Assembly (NCBI GenBank): GCA_043101845.1
Contig: JBICHN010000011.1
Location: 756,730-820,729, forward strand
Length of the DNA: 64,000 nucleotides
Origin: Phycisphaerales bacterium
GTDB lineage: Bacteria > Planctomycetota > Phycisphaerae > Phycisphaerales > UBA5793
Direction of reading: 5' to 3'
Shown here piece by piece: positions 18,793-29,303 of the stretch. The first letter of the stretch is position 1. Every line of letters starts with the position of its first letter. The position numbers were made by a program, and so were the translations under genes. A model generated the notes under the pieces. It was not told the origin of the DNA and made no database searches. It saw only the letters and a program-made list of their open reading frames with translations.

Positions 18793-19539
18793 TCAATCAT
18801 CACGCTGACGAAGCGTAGTCGGACGGGTGGTCGAGTCAATCAGTCGCCGGTCGCCTCCGGGGTCGAGGTCGCCCCCGGGCGCCGACGACACCGAAGGCTT
18901 CGGCGGATCGCTCGCTCCACCGACGCGGACCACGAGGACGCCGATGCCGAAGAGGAGGAGCATGTCGGCGATGTTGAAGACCCAGGGGAACACCTCCGGA
19001 CTGCCCCCCGGCCAGTTCAGTCCGAAGGGGAGGGACATTCCCGGGAAGATGTTGAGGAAGTCGCGAACGACACCGTAGGTCCACCGGTCGTAGAGATTAC
19101 CCGCGGCGCCGGCGAGCACGCACCCGATCGCGATATGGAGCAGCCGGTCGCGGGCGGTCGTCTTGAAGGCGAAGATCACTCCGCCGGCGACCATGGCGAG
19201 CAGCGTGAACACCATGAAGAAGAATCGCTGTCCGGGGCCGATGCCGAAGACGGCGCCGTGGTTGACCACGAGCTTGAAACTGAGCAGCTTTGGAATGACG
19301 ACGACTTCGCGATGCGCTGGAGCCGACCAGGTCGGATCCTGCAGAATCTCCGCCCGGTCGAGCGCCACGGGCGCGCCGGCTACGCGTTCGAACGCGACCC
19401 TCTTGCTCGTGAGATCGACGCCGAGACCGATGAGAAACGCCATCAACAGGGTGACCCACGCGACCATCGATCGGGCCGCGGGGAGCGGGCGCGTTCGTGA
19501 GAGCGTGGCGGCGGTTTCGGTCGGGGCGGTAGCAGTCAT
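18793..19539 (-). CDS. lspA: Lipoprotein signal peptidase (signal peptidase II)
   Basis: Motifs are LVVNHGAVFGIG, LAGAAGNLYDRWTYGVVRDFL and WPGGSPEVFPWVFNIADMLL. Four TM helices. Confidence 0.9.
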   Translation of the reverse strand: MTATAPTETAATLSRTRPLPAARSMVAWVTLLMAFLIGLGVDLTSKRVAFERVAGAPVALDRAEILQDPTWSAPAHREVVVIPKLLSFKLVVNHGAVFGIGPGQRFFFMVFTLLAMVAGGVIFAFKTTARDRLLHIAIGCVLAGAAGNLYDRWTYGVVRDFLNIFPGMSLPFGLNWPGGSPEVFPWVFNIADMLLLFGIGVLVVRVGGASDPPKPSVSSAPGGDLDPGGDRRLIDSTTRPTTLRQRDD

Positions 19540-19633
19540 GATTCGGTCGGTCGCGGGCGGTCGTCAGCCAACGATACTCGGAACGCGCTGGACCACCAAC
19601 TCTCGCCCCGGGGAACCGAGCGACGACTGACGA

Positions 19634-20632
19634 TTAGAGTCCGGAAAGCCCGAGACGCCGATCGCGCTCGCGCGCGGCTTCGATGCTCAGTCGCGCCCAG
19701 GGTTTCGCCTCGAGCCGCGGGAGGCCGATCGCCTGTCCGGTCGCTTCGCAGATGCCGTAGGTCTTCTCGGCGATGCGTCCGAGCGCCGCGTCAATCTCCT
19801 TGAGGGTCTCACGCTCCGAAGCGGCGAGCTGGAGCAGGAAGTCCTGGTCGTACGCGTCGCTGCCCACATCGGCCGAGTGCGTCGGCATGTGCGAAATCTC
19901 GCCCGATGAATTGCCGCGGAGGGCCTCGGTCTCCATCGAGGTCACATCGCCGATGATCTCCGCCCGCTTCCGACGGAGGAGCTCACGGAAGTAGTTGAGT
20001 TCCTTTCGGCTCAATGGCGTCTTCTTGAGCCGCGGAGCGTCTGCGGAGGCCGAGGACGCAGCCGGGACCGAGGTCAGCGTGTTGCGTCCGACCTTCTTCT
20101 TCGAACCACCGGCTGACCTTGTGGTCTTTTTCTTTCCAGTCGAAGGCTTCTTCGCGGTCTTCCTCGACGACTTTCCGGGGGTCGAAGCCGCCTTCGCGGC
20201 CGTCTTCTTGCTGGTCGTCTTCTTCCGAGTCGTCTTCTTCCCGGCCTTCCGGGTGGACTTCGCCTTCGCCTTCGTCTTCGCGGCGCCGGCCGTCTTCTTC
20301 CGCGTGGATTTCTTCTTCGACGCGACCTTCTTCTTCGAGGTCTTCTTCTTCGAAGAACTCTTCTTCGTACCGCTCCCGGAGGCGGTAGTCGAGGTCTTCT
20401 TGCGCGTTGGCGTCTTCTTCCGGGACGCGGAAGCGGTCTTCTTCTTCGAGCGGCTCGTGCTCCGCGTCGAAGACGAGGCGGGTCGCCTCGTCGTCTTCTT
20501 TGTCTTCTTCGCCAACTTGGGATTCCCTCGAAACTTGAGGTCCGGCCTGGCGCCTGTGCCGCACCTCCGGCCCTCTCGACGAGGAGGCCAAAAATGCGGC
20601 CGAACAATACCCGGAGCCGCGCCGAGGGTCAA
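19634..20632 (-). CDS. DksA/TraR-family protein with long lysine-rich (histone H1-like) N-terminal region
   Basis: The C-terminal 125 aa are DksA-like: LSRKELNYFRELLRRKRAEI...HSADVGSDAYDQDFLLQLAASERETLKEIDAALGRIAEKTYGICEATGQAIGLPRLEAKPWARLSIEA. The preceding approximately 145 aa are K/T/S/A repeats (KKTKKTTRR...SKKKTSKKKVASKKKSTRKKTAGAAKTKAKAK...). A likely real start is TTG 20515 (LAKKTKK), which has GAGGGA 8 nt upstream. Confidence 0.75.
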   Translation of the reverse strand: MTLGAAPGIVRPHFWPPRREGRRCGTGARPDLKFRGNPKLAKKTKKTTRRPASSSTRSTSRSKKKTASASRKKTPTRKKTSTTASGSGTKKSSSKKKTSKKKVASKKKSTRKKTAGAAKTKAKAKSTRKAGKKTTRKKTTSKKTAAKAASTPGKSSRKTAKKPSTGKKKTTRSAGGSKKKVGRNTLTSVPAASSASADAPRLKKTPLSRKELNYFRELLRRKRAEIIGDVTSMETEALRGNSSGEISHMPTHSADVGSDAYDQDFLLQLAASERETLKEIDAALGRIAEKTYGICEATGQAIGLPRLEAKPWARLSIEAARERDRRLGLSGL

Positions 20633-20671
20633 CGCGGGCTTCCGCTTCGAAACCGGCTTCGATCAACCGAT

Positions 20672-21673
20672 TCAGGCGCCGGCGGCTTCGGCGACGACAC
20701 CCATCGTTCGGAATCGCTCATATCGGCGACGCACGAGGTTCTCGACCTTGAACCGCTTGAGCTCCCGAAGATTGTCGGTGATCCAGCGTTCAAGATTCTC
20801 GGCGGCCTTCGCCCGATCCCGATGGGCGCCCCCCGGCGGCTCCTCGACGATGTCGTCGATCACGCCCAGCTTCAGATTCTGCTCGGCCGTGAGATGGAGC
20901 GCGTCCGCGGCGGCTTCGTTCGTCGTCGGATTCGCCGTCTTCCACAGAATCGCGGCGCAGCCCTCGGGGCTGATCACCGAATACCACGCGTACCGCATCA
21001 TGGCGACACGGTCGGCGACCGCGATGCCGAGGGCGCCGCCCGATCCGCCTTCACCGATGATGACACTCACGATCGGCGTCTTCAGGCGGCTCATCTCGCG
21101 CAGGTTCACCGCGATCGCCTCGGCCTGACCGCGCTCTTCGGCGCCGATCCCGGGATACGCCCCGGGCGTATCGACGAGGGTCACGATGGGCAATTCGAAC
21201 TTCTCGGCGAGCTGCATGTTCTTGAGGGCTTTGCGGTACCCCTCCGGGTGGGCGCAACCGAAGTTGCAGAGCATCCGCTCGTTCGTGTCACGACCTTTGC
21301 GGTGGGCGACGACCATGACCTTGTGCGGCCCGATCCGCGCGAAGCCGGTGAGGATCGCCGGATCGTCTCCGAAGTGCCGGTCACCGTGAAGCTGGCAGAA
21401 GTCTTTGCAGATCAGGCGGAGGTAGTCGGTCGACTGAGGCCGTTTCGGATGACGGGCGACCTTGCTCACGATCTGCCAGGCGGTGAGGCCGCCGTAGATC
21501 TCCGCGAGCTTCGTCTCGTGCTCGCGACGCACGGCGGCGACCTCGTCCTCGCCCGCCCCCGACGCTTCGAGCTCACGGAGGCGTTCCTCGAGTTCGACCA
21601 GAGGCCGCTCGAACTCCGGGCGCGAGGGGTCAAAGGTCGACGCGGCGCCGTTCGGTTTCGTCGTGTCCGCCAT
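20672..21673 (-). CDS. accA: Acetyl-CoA carboxylase carboxyltransferase alpha subunit
   Basis: RHPKRPQSTDY, FGDDPAILTGFARIGPHKVMVVAHRKG, FGCAHPEGYRKALKNMQLAEKFELPIVTLVDTPGAYPGIGAEERGQAEAIA. Confidence 0.95.
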   Translation of the reverse strand: MADTTKPNGAASTFDPSRPEFERPLVELEERLRELEASGAGEDEVAAVRREHETKLAEIYGGLTAWQIVSKVARHPKRPQSTDYLRLICKDFCQLHGDRHFGDDPAILTGFARIGPHKVMVVAHRKGRDTNERMLCNFGCAHPEGYRKALKNMQLAEKFELPIVTLVDTPGAYPGIGAEERGQAEAIAVNLREMSRLKTPIVSVIIGEGGSGGALGIAVADRVAMMRYAWYSVISPEGCAAILWKTANPTTNEAAADALHLTAEQNLKLGVIDDIVEEPPGGAHRDRAKAAENLERWITDNLRELKRFKVENLVRRRYERFRTMGVVAEAAGA

Positions 21674-21764
21674 GGATCACCTTCCGGATCAGTTTCGGGC
21701 CATCATTATCTTAATCGGCCCGCCCATCGATCGCCATTGAACGGGCTGCTGGAAGGGAAAAAGA

Positions 21765-21792
21765 ACGCCGGCGGCCTTCCGGCCGCCGGCGT
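21765..21792 (-). terminator. Intrinsic terminator after the first DUF1559-like gene
   Basis: ACGCCGGCGGCC (21765-21776) and GGCCGCCGGCGT (21781-21792) form a 12-bp perfect stem with a TTCC loop. The minus-strand tail reads TCTTTTTCCC. It lies about 60 nt after the stop at 21854. Confidence 0.6.
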
Positions 21793-21853
21793 GTCGTTCA
21801 CATCGCGGAGCCGTGGTCACGGCCCCCGATCGATTGAGCGTTCAACCGACCGA

Positions 21854-22762
21854 TCAGTTCGACGGATCCCAGAACGGGTCCTGGTCGCCGTTGTCATCGC
21901 TGTCGAAGACCGCGAGGAAGATATCGACGCCGCCGTTGACGGTGCCGGTGCCAGTGACCTGGTCCTGCTCGTTGAAGATGTTGTCCGCGAGCTGCGACTG
22001 GGTCGCGGTCGCGTCGGTCGGCTTGTAGGTGATTCCGGGCGGGGCGAACGCGAGTTCGGCGCCGTCTTCACCGAGGCCGAGGCCGACCTGCTCCTGGAAG
22101 CTCTCGACATGGTTGTCGTTGTAGCCGACATTGCCCGACCACAGCGTACGGGAGCCGTGGATGAGGTACGAGGTCGACTGCTTGTCCGGAATACCTTCCT
22201 CGGGACCGCGATCGGAGAGAACCGCGAAGCTCGAGTTCAGCGAGTCCGTCCACTCCTTGTTGAAGCGGGCGCCTTCGAGGGAGATGTTCGCGTAGGAGAC
22301 ATTGCTGCCGTCCTGGCCGCCGGTCGCCTCAATGTTACACTGAAACTCCGGATCCCACTGCCAGGTGTCCTGGATGCGGGTGCCGGTGCCGGTGCCGTAG
22401 TCATAGTCGTCCATGACCGAGACGGCGCCGTTCGCCTCGCTCGGGCAGACCGCGAGCTCAGGCGAGTAGTAGTTGTTGAAGATGAGCATCGAGTGAATGT
22501 TCGCCGTCGAGTTGCCCGGCTGGTTACATTCCTGAGCCGTCTCCTGGCTGAACTCGAGCGGCGTCGGGAAACGACCGCCGAAGTCCTGCGCCCACTGGAC
22601 CCAGTTCTGGTGAATCTGCTTCACCTGCGTCGAGCACTTGATGAACTTGGCTCGAGCGCGGGCGCGGCCGAGGGCCGGCAGCAGAATGCCGATGAGCAGC
22701 GCGATGATCGCGATGACCACGAGCAGCTCAATAAGGGTAAAACCCTTGCGGTTACGGTGCAT
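21854..22762 (-). CDS. Prepilin-type N-terminal cleavage/methylation domain protein, DUF1559-like (type II pseudopilin-like)
   Basis: [35 protein letters not shown] is a class III signal peptide. The C-terminal block [21 protein letters not shown] sits where the family's H-X9-DG-type motif lies. Confidence 0.85.
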   Translation of the reverse strand: MHRNRKGFTLIELLVVIAIIALLIGILLPALGRARARAKFIKCSTQVKQIHQNWVQWAQDFGGRFPTPLEFSQETAQECNQPGNSTANIHSMLIFNNYYSPELAVCPSEANGAVSVMDDYDYGTGTGTRIQDTWQWDPEFQCNIEATGGQDGSNVSYANISLEGARFNKEWTDSLNSSFAVLSDRGPEEGIPDKQSTSYLIHGSRTLWSGNVGYNDNHVESFQEQVGLGLGEDGAELAFAPPGITYKPTDATATQSQLADNIFNEQDQVTGTGTVNGGVDIFLAVFDSDDNGDQDPFWDPSN

Positions 22763-23212
22763 GGCGTACTCCTATGGATGGTATGGATGAGTGCCATTGC
22801 GGTTGGGCGGCGCCGGACCGTCCGGCGACGCGTCATGCCTGTACGAACGAATTCAAGATCAGAGGCGCCTCTTCGTTCACCCTGCCGACGCCGGATTCGA
22901 TCCGGGGGCCCGGGGCTCAACGAAAGCGCTCATTCCGGCTGCGCCATTCGCACGGACCGCGGTCCCTGTTCCGGAGAACGCGGCGACACGAATGGAGTCA
23001 TCCCCGACGCCGCCTTCGCGGCGTCGCTGACTGATCTCTCGAACGGGTTGTCATTGGGAGACTTAGGGGCGGGCCGGAATGAAATGGTATGAAGAAAGAG
23101 GACAATCAGGGTCCGCGTGCTCCCGGCGACCTCGGAGAGACCGCCGAGTTAACGATAACGAAATGGACGCTTGAGTCAAGGGTGAAAGCGGACGACGATC
23201 GAGGGCAAATGA

Positions 23213-23246
23213 ACGAGGCGGCGGACCTTTGAGTCCGCCGCCTCGT
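23213..23246 (-). terminator. Hairpin after the second DUF1559-like gene (candidate terminator)
   Basis: ACGAGGCGGCGGAC (23213-23226) and GTCCGCCGCCTCGT (23233-23246) form a 14-bp perfect stem with a 6-nt loop, about 40 nt after the stop at 23288. The minus-strand tail TCATTTGCCC is only weakly U-rich. Confidence 0.55.
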
Positions 23247-23287
23247 CGACTTCAAGCCATACCCATGTGGGGATCAATACTCGACGA

Positions 23288-24229
<942 letters not shown>

Positions 24230-24694
24230 AGATGGTCCTCCAATTCGGGAAGGCGTCTTCGGTCGGATTTTCCAACAATTCCTGCGGCCGCCACTCACCC
24301 CGCCGACCAGAACGGACGAGTCCGCGACCAGTGCACTCTCGACAAACCACGATGTCTGCGTGTTCGATCAAACCCTTGTCGCTGAACGGGTTGAAACCAG
24401 TTCCAGCGGTCGGTTCGTGAGCCGGACGGGAAACGAATTCCGCGCCGCGACGAACCTCAAGCGTTCAATCATCTTCGAATTGTCGGCGGGGCTGAAGGTC
24501 CGGCAGGACGCCGGAAATAAGGGCGGTTAGCAGTCAGGTATCTATGCGCGAATGCTCAGCCAGTCGCCAGTCTCAAATTGCCAGGATGTCAGCGTTCAGC
24601 GTAATCAGCCTTGCCGATCTGTCAAGTCTGAATCGGCCGCACGCTGAAGAATAATACGCAATGCAGCGGCTTCTGATCCATCCTTCCGCCCGAT

Positions 24695-25831
24695 TCACTC
24701 GAATCCGGGTACGCCGGCCATTCGGAGAAGGCGGGAAGCCACGCCCGCGGCCCCATCGATCGGCGGTCGCCGTTCGAGCGCCGCCCGCGCCTGCGCGATC
24801 TCGTTGCGGTCGCTGAGAAGCCGCTCGAGGAGCGGCCCGATCGACTCGAGGTTGCCGGGTTCGTCGACCGCGTCCCGGACAAGCCAGGCCCCGCCAGTCT
24901 CGACAAGTGGCTCCGCGTTCAACCGCTGGTGCTCATCCTTGTGCCACGGGTAGGGGGCGAAGATGGTCGGGACCGCATTCGCGGCCGCCTCGGCGACACT
25001 CGACGCGCCGGCGCGGCTGATGGCCAGATCGGCGGCGCCCCAGGCGAGTCCCATCTCGTCGAGGAATGGAATGATCTGCGCCTCGACCCCGGCGCCGGCG
25101 TACCCGCACCGAACCGCCTCGTCACGCCCGGGCCCGGTGAGGTGGAGAATCTGCCAGCCGTCGAGCGCTTGGCGCCGCTCTCTGGCGAACTCGACGATGA
25201 ACTTGTTGAGCGAATCGGCCCCCTGGCTCGCTCCGGTGATAAGGAGCGTGGAACGGTCCGGATCGAGACCGAGACGGCTCCGACACGCGTCCCGTTCCGC
25301 CGGCGCGAGCGCCGAGCGACGGATCGGCATGCCGACCACCTCGTTAAATGGCGTTCCAGAGGTCGTCGCGACCGCGGACCAGACGGCGTCGGCGCGGTCG
25401 GCGATCCATCGGTTCGCTCGACCCGGCGCCGCGTCGAGGTTGACGAGGGCCACCGGCACGGCGGCCGCGCGCCCGGCCGCGGCGACCGGGGCGGCGACGA
25501 ACCCGCCCATCGCGACGACCACGATCGGCGCCCCGCCTTCGATCGCCGCGTGAAGCCGACGCGTGGCGAGGCGCCTGGAAGTCCGCCATCCACGGACAAA
25601 GCGGAGCGGCGCCGTCGGGAATGGCCGGATCGCCGGACTTCGCGCCGGCATCGGTTCGAAGTCGACGCCCGCCTTCGCGAGCAGTTTGGCGTCGAGCGGG
25701 CGATCGGAACACAGGAAGAGTGCGCGGCTCGACGGCTCCATCTCGCGCAGGCGTTCGAAGATCGCAAGCCCGGGGGTGAGGTGACCGCCGGTGCCGCCGC
25801 CGGCGAAGATGAAGAGTGGGGAAGGTCGCAT
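24695..25831 (-). CDS. murG: Undecaprenyldiphospho-muramoylpentapeptide beta-N-acetylglucosaminyltransferase MurG
   Basis: MRPSPLFIFAGGGTGGHLTPGLAI is the G-loop. Also LLITGASQGADSLN and ADLAISRAGASSVAEAAANAVPTIFAPYP. The start was trimmed from 26137 to 25831, which removes the overlap with the upstream HMG-CoA lyase gene. Confidence 0.9.
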   Translation of the reverse strand: MRPSPLFIFAGGGTGGHLTPGLAIFERLREMEPSSRALFLCSDRPLDAKLLAKAGVDFEPMPARSPAIRPFPTAPLRFVRGWRTSRRLATRRLHAAIEGGAPIVVVAMGGFVAAPVAAAGRAAAVPVALVNLDAAPGRANRWIADRADAVWSAVATTSGTPFNEVVGMPIRRSALAPAERDACRSRLGLDPDRSTLLITGASQGADSLNKFIVEFARERRQALDGWQILHLTGPGRDEAVRCGYAGAGVEAQIIPFLDEMGLAWGAADLAISRAGASSVAEAAANAVPTIFAPYPWHKDEHQRLNAEPLVETGGAWLVRDAVDEPGNLESIGPLLERLLSDRNEIAQARAALERRPPIDGAAGVASRLLRMAGVPGFE

Positions 25832-25884
25832 GCTGCGTGAAAGACTATCGACCCGGTGGCGACCGGCGCTTTGAGTTCGACGCG

Positions 25885-26805
25885 TTATCCCCGCGCGCAG
25901 CTCGCCTGCAGGTATCGGCCCGGCAGTGTTCGCCCGAGTTTCACCTGCACCGTTTGACTCGCGGCCGCGAGTCTCTCGAGGTCGATCCCCGTCCGCCAGC
26001 CCTCGCGCTCGAGCGCATAGACAAGATCTTCCGTCGCAAGGTTGCCCGCGGCGCCCGGCGCGTAGGGACACCCGCCCAGCCCGCCGGCCGACGCGTCGAA
26101 GCTGCGCACACCGGCTTTGAGCGCCTCGAAGACGCAACTCAGCGCCGCGCCGCGCGTGTCATGCAGATGCAGCGTGGTCTGCTCCGGCTGAATCACCGCC
26201 GCGAGCTCCCGATAGAGGTGGCGGATATCCCTCGGGGTCGCGACGCCGATCGTCTCGCCGAGATCGATCTCATCGACGCCGAACTCGAGGAGGCGCTCGA
26301 CCACATTGGCGACGGCCGCCGCGTCGACGGCGCCCTCATACGGACATTCGATCACGCAGGAGACATACCCACGCACCGGGAGGCTTGAAGCCTTCGCGCT
26401 TTGGACGACCGGCCGCAGGCGGTCGAGCGATTCGCTGATCGACGCGTTGATGTTCTTCCGGTTGAAGGTTTCCGACGCCGCGGTGAAGACGGCGATCTTG
26501 TCGACGCGGGCTTCGAGCGCCCGTTCGAGGCCGCGTTCATTCGGCACGAGCGCGCTGAAGAGAACGCCCTCGATTCGGTTGATACCGCCGAATACTTCGG
26601 AAGCGTCCGCGAGATTGGGTGTCCACTTCGGAGAGACGAAGCTCGAGACCTCGATTTCCGCGAAGCCGCACGCCGCGAGCGCGTTGACGAATTCGATCTT
26701 CGCTTCGGTCGAAAGCGGGACCGATTCGTTCTGCAGCCCATCCCGGGGACCGACCTCCGTGATGCGAATTGGTTTGGCAGTGTCATTTCGAGGCATCGAT
26801 TTCAT
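25885..26805 (-). CDS. Hydroxymethylglutaryl-CoA lyase (HMGL-like TIM barrel)
   Basis: IRITEVGPRDGLQNE, FAEIEVSSFVSPKW, LHLHDTRGAALSCVFEALKAGVRSFDASAGGLGGCPYAPGAAGNLATEDLVY. Confidence 0.9.
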   Translation of the reverse strand: MKSMPRNDTAKPIRITEVGPRDGLQNESVPLSTEAKIEFVNALAACGFAEIEVSSFVSPKWTPNLADASEVFGGINRIEGVLFSALVPNERGLERALEARVDKIAVFTAASETFNRKNINASISESLDRLRPVVQSAKASSLPVRGYVSCVIECPYEGAVDAAAVANVVERLLEFGVDEIDLGETIGVATPRDIRHLYRELAAVIQPEQTTLHLHDTRGAALSCVFEALKAGVRSFDASAGGLGGCPYAPGAAGNLATEDLVYALEREGWRTGIDLERLAAASQTVQVKLGRTLPGRYLQASCARG

Positions 26806-26900
26806 GATAACCCCCGAATCGGACGATGACGGGGTTTACAATGACCGCGCCGCGCCAGGATGCGCGGCGAAACTGTCCGGTTCAACTCACAAGGAGAACC

Positions 26901-29303
26901 ATGAAGGACCAGGTCATGCGGGCGTGGGGGCGCCGCGCGCACAATGTGGTGAGGTGGTCGGTTTCCGTCGTGGTGGTGGTCGCGTTGATGACCGCGCCTG
27001 CGGCAGGAGCGCCGATCCACGAAGCGGCGGATCGAGGCGACCTTGCGGAAACGCGGCGGCTGCTCGCCGACGGTGTCGCGATCGACGCGCGGGACGACCG
27101 CGAACTCACGCCTTTGATGTATGCGGCGGGGTCGAAGGCGCTGGAAGCCGACGCGGTCTTGTCCTTTCTCATTCAGCGCGGCGCCGATGTGTCGCTCTTC
27201 GACAACGCCGGACGAACCGCGCTCATGGCCGCGGCGTCAGTCGCGTCGCCATCACGAATCGAGTCGCTGCTCGCCGCCGGCGCGTCCGCGGGCGCGACCG
27301 ATCGGCTCGGCCGCTCCGCGTTGCATCACCTGGCGATCGGTCGCGGCGGCGACGCCGCGATGGTGAGCGATTCGGTCGATCGGCTCGTCCTCGCCGGCGC
27401 TCGACTCACGGCGGTCGATCGCAACGGTCGGGCGCCTGCGTCGTATGCGATCGAACTCGCCCGACCGGAGCGGATTTCGTCACTCGTTCGACCGAATGTC
27501 GACCTCAAGGCGGAGGGATGGACCTCCACGATTCGGGCCGCAGCGCTCGGCGATCCGGATGATCTCAGACTCGCGCTGGCGCACGATCAGAAGTCGATCG
27601 AGGATCGCGATGAGTTCGGCCGCACGGCGCTGCATTACGCGGCGCGAAGCGGGTGCGCGATGTGCGTCGACGAGCTCTTGCAGCGCGGCGCGTCGCCCGA
27701 GGTGATCGACCGATTCGGGCGTACGCCGATCAGCTACGCGGCGGAGCGCGGCGGGGCGGCCGAGTCGATCCAGGCTCTTGCCCGCGCGGGCGCCGATGTG
27801 AATCACACGCATGCGTTGAATCCCCGGCCGCCACTTCACTTCGCCGTCGAATCGGGCGAATTCGCGCAGATCAGCGCCCTGCTCGATGAAGGCGCCGAGG
27901 TCAATCGCGCCGGAGAGAAGGGGGTCACTGCCCTGATGCTCGCCGCGGCGCTCGACGATCTCGAGAAGCTCGATCATCTCATTCATGCGGGCGCCGATCT
28001 CGAATCACGCGATGACCTCGCGCAGACGGCTCTCGCGCACGCGGCGCGATCCGGATCCGCCGGCGCCATCCAGCGGCTCCTGCGCGCCGGCGCCGAGGTC
28101 GATGCGCTCGACCGGTTCGAAGCGACGCCGCTCATGCACGCGGCGAACTACGCCGACGCCGCGTGTGTGAAGCTTCTCATCGAAGGCGGCGCCGCGATCG
28201 ATCGGCAGGACAAGGCGGGTCGGTCGGCGCTCTTCTATTCGGCGACCCGCGATGATCCGGCCCGACTGCGCGCTCTGATCGACGCCGGCGCGTCGGTCAC
28301 CCTGACGGATGCGGGCGGCCGGGAGGCGATTGTCTACGCCGCGTCGATCGGGACGCCGCGCATTGTGAAGGCCCTCGCCGAAGCGGGGGGGAATCCGAAC
28401 CAGCGCGATCTCGCCGGGCGCACCGCCATTTTCGAAGCCTCCATGCTCGGCGCCGTCGAGAATGTCGCTGCGTTGCTCGAAGCGGGCGCCGACGCGACGA
28501 TCGTCGCGAACGACGGGGTGACACCGCTGCATGTCGCGGCGCAGCGGGGCGGCGTCGCGATCATGACACGGTTGCTCGACGCCGGCGCCGATCCGAACGC
28601 CGCCGCGGACGACGGTCGAACGCCGTTGTTCATCGCTGCGGGACAGCGCGACGCCGATCGCGTCCGCCTGCTCCTCGATCGCGGCGCCGACGCCACCCTT
28701 CTCGATGCGGCGGAGTGGTCCACGCTGCATCATGCCGCCACCGGCGGCGTCGGACGAACGGTCGAACTGCTCGCGAAGGCGGGCGCCAATCCGAATGCGG
28801 CGACGCGCGACGGGCTCACGCCGATGATGATCGCGGCGCAGTCGGGCTCGGTGGAGTTGGTTGAGGCGCTCGGGCAGACCGGCGCCGATCCTGATCGGGT
28901 CGATCGCAATGGATCGACGGCGCTCATGTACGCGGTCGGCGTTGAAGCGGCGCGAGTGTTGGCCGTGCTCGACGCCGGCGCCTCGGTCGACCTGCTCGAC
29001 GCGACCGGCGCGTCCGCTCTGCACCGCGCGGCCCGCGACGGCGATTCACTTCGAGTTCTTGCCCTGCTCGACGCCGGCGCCGAACCCGATGTGCCGGACC
29101 GCGCGGGCGTCACGCCACTCATGTTCGCCGTGGCTTCCGGCGATCCCTATCGAGTGGACGCCCTTCTCGAAGCCGGAGCGGACGCAACCCGCCGCGATGA
29201 CGAGGGTCGAACACCGCTCGACTACGCGAAGGAGCTGCCGCAGGGGAGCCCGGATCGGCTCGAGATCGAGCGATTGCTGAGAAAGTCGAGCGATCAGGGC
29301 TGA
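26901..29303 (+). CDS. Exported ankyrin-repeat protein (about 800 aa, more than 20 tandem ANK repeats)
   Basis: ATG 26901 is preceded by AAGGAGA. Hydrophobic leader VVRWSVSVVVVVALMTAPAAGAP. After it the protein is an almost uninterrupted 33-aa ANK periodicity (GxTPLxxAAxxGxxxxVxxLLxxGADxN), for example GRTPLFIAAGQRDADRVRLLLDRGADATL. Confidence 0.9.
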   Translation: MKDQVMRAWGRRAHNVVRWSVSVVVVVALMTAPAAGAPIHEAADRGDLAETRRLLADGVAIDARDDRELTPLMYAAGSKALEADAVLSFLIQRGADVSLFDNAGRTALMAAASVASPSRIESLLAAGASAGATDRLGRSALHHLAIGRGGDAAMVSDSVDRLVLAGARLTAVDRNGRAPASYAIELARPERISSLVRPNVDLKAEGWTSTIRAAALGDPDDLRLALAHDQKSIEDRDEFGRTALHYAARSGCAMCVDELLQRGASPEVIDRFGRTPISYAAERGGAAESIQALARAGADVNHTHALNPRPPLHFAVESGEFAQISALLDEGAEVNRAGEKGVTALMLAAALDDLEKLDHLIHAGADLESRDDLAQTALAHAARSGSAGAIQRLLRAGAEVDALDRFEATPLMHAANYADAACVKLLIEGGAAIDRQDKAGRSALFYSATRDDPARLRALIDAGASVTLTDAGGREAIVYAASIGTPRIVKALAEAGGNPNQRDLAGRTAIFEASMLGAVENVAALLEAGADATIVANDGVTPLHVAAQRGGVAIMTRLLDAGADPNAAADDGRTPLFIAAGQRDADRVRLLLDRGADATLLDAAEWSTLHHAATGGVGRTVELLAKAGANPNAATRDGLTPMMIAAQSGSVELVEALGQTGADPDRVDRNGSTALMYAVGVEAARVLAVLDAGASVDLLDATGASALHRAARDGDSLRVLALLDAGAEPDVPDRAGVTPLMFAVASGDPYRVDALLEAGADATRRDDEGRTPLDYAKELPQGSPDRLEIERLLRKSSDQG

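Noticed and set aside
20087-20515. Tandemly repetitive DNA: CTTCTT-rich sequence here, and the 99-bp periodicity at about 27000-29250. Both were checked as possible CRISPR or satellite repeats.
   Set aside because: Both are in-frame coding repeats (the Lys-rich tract of the DksA-like protein and the ankyrin repeats). They are degenerate at the DNA level and have no repeat-spacer architecture.
22780-22810. A search for sigma-54 (TGGCAC-N5-TTGC) promoters upstream of the flagellar and DUF1559 genes. TGGCAC occurs on the minus strand near 22790.
   Set aside because: The downstream -12 element is absent (CATAC instead of TTGC). No other convincing match was seen by eye.
20594-23092. An 832-aa plus-strand ORF. 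Similar very long ORFs lie at 2380-3738, 12798-14123, 16946-18769, 28005-29024, 47515-48876 and 62389-63711.
   Set aside because: All lie antisense to genes with unambiguous family motifs (accA, DegT, mraY/murF, thrS, ankyrin, fliD, serA). Their translations are Arg/Gly/Asp-rich with no motifs. They are typical stop-codon-poor shadow frames of GC-rich DNA.
24695-26137. Long-ORF versions of murG (to 26137), thrS (to 18712), fliD (to 49614), the aminotransferase (to 30764), miaB (to 55790) and serA (to 63339).
   Set aside because: The extensions overlap upstream genes or consist of Arg-rich non-homologous sequence. Conserved N-terminal motifs begin at internal start codons: MRPSPLFIFAGGGTGGH, MPRITLPDG, MSGISTGIGL, MTVADRF, MADGRRRVYLETFGC and MKVLIADKF.
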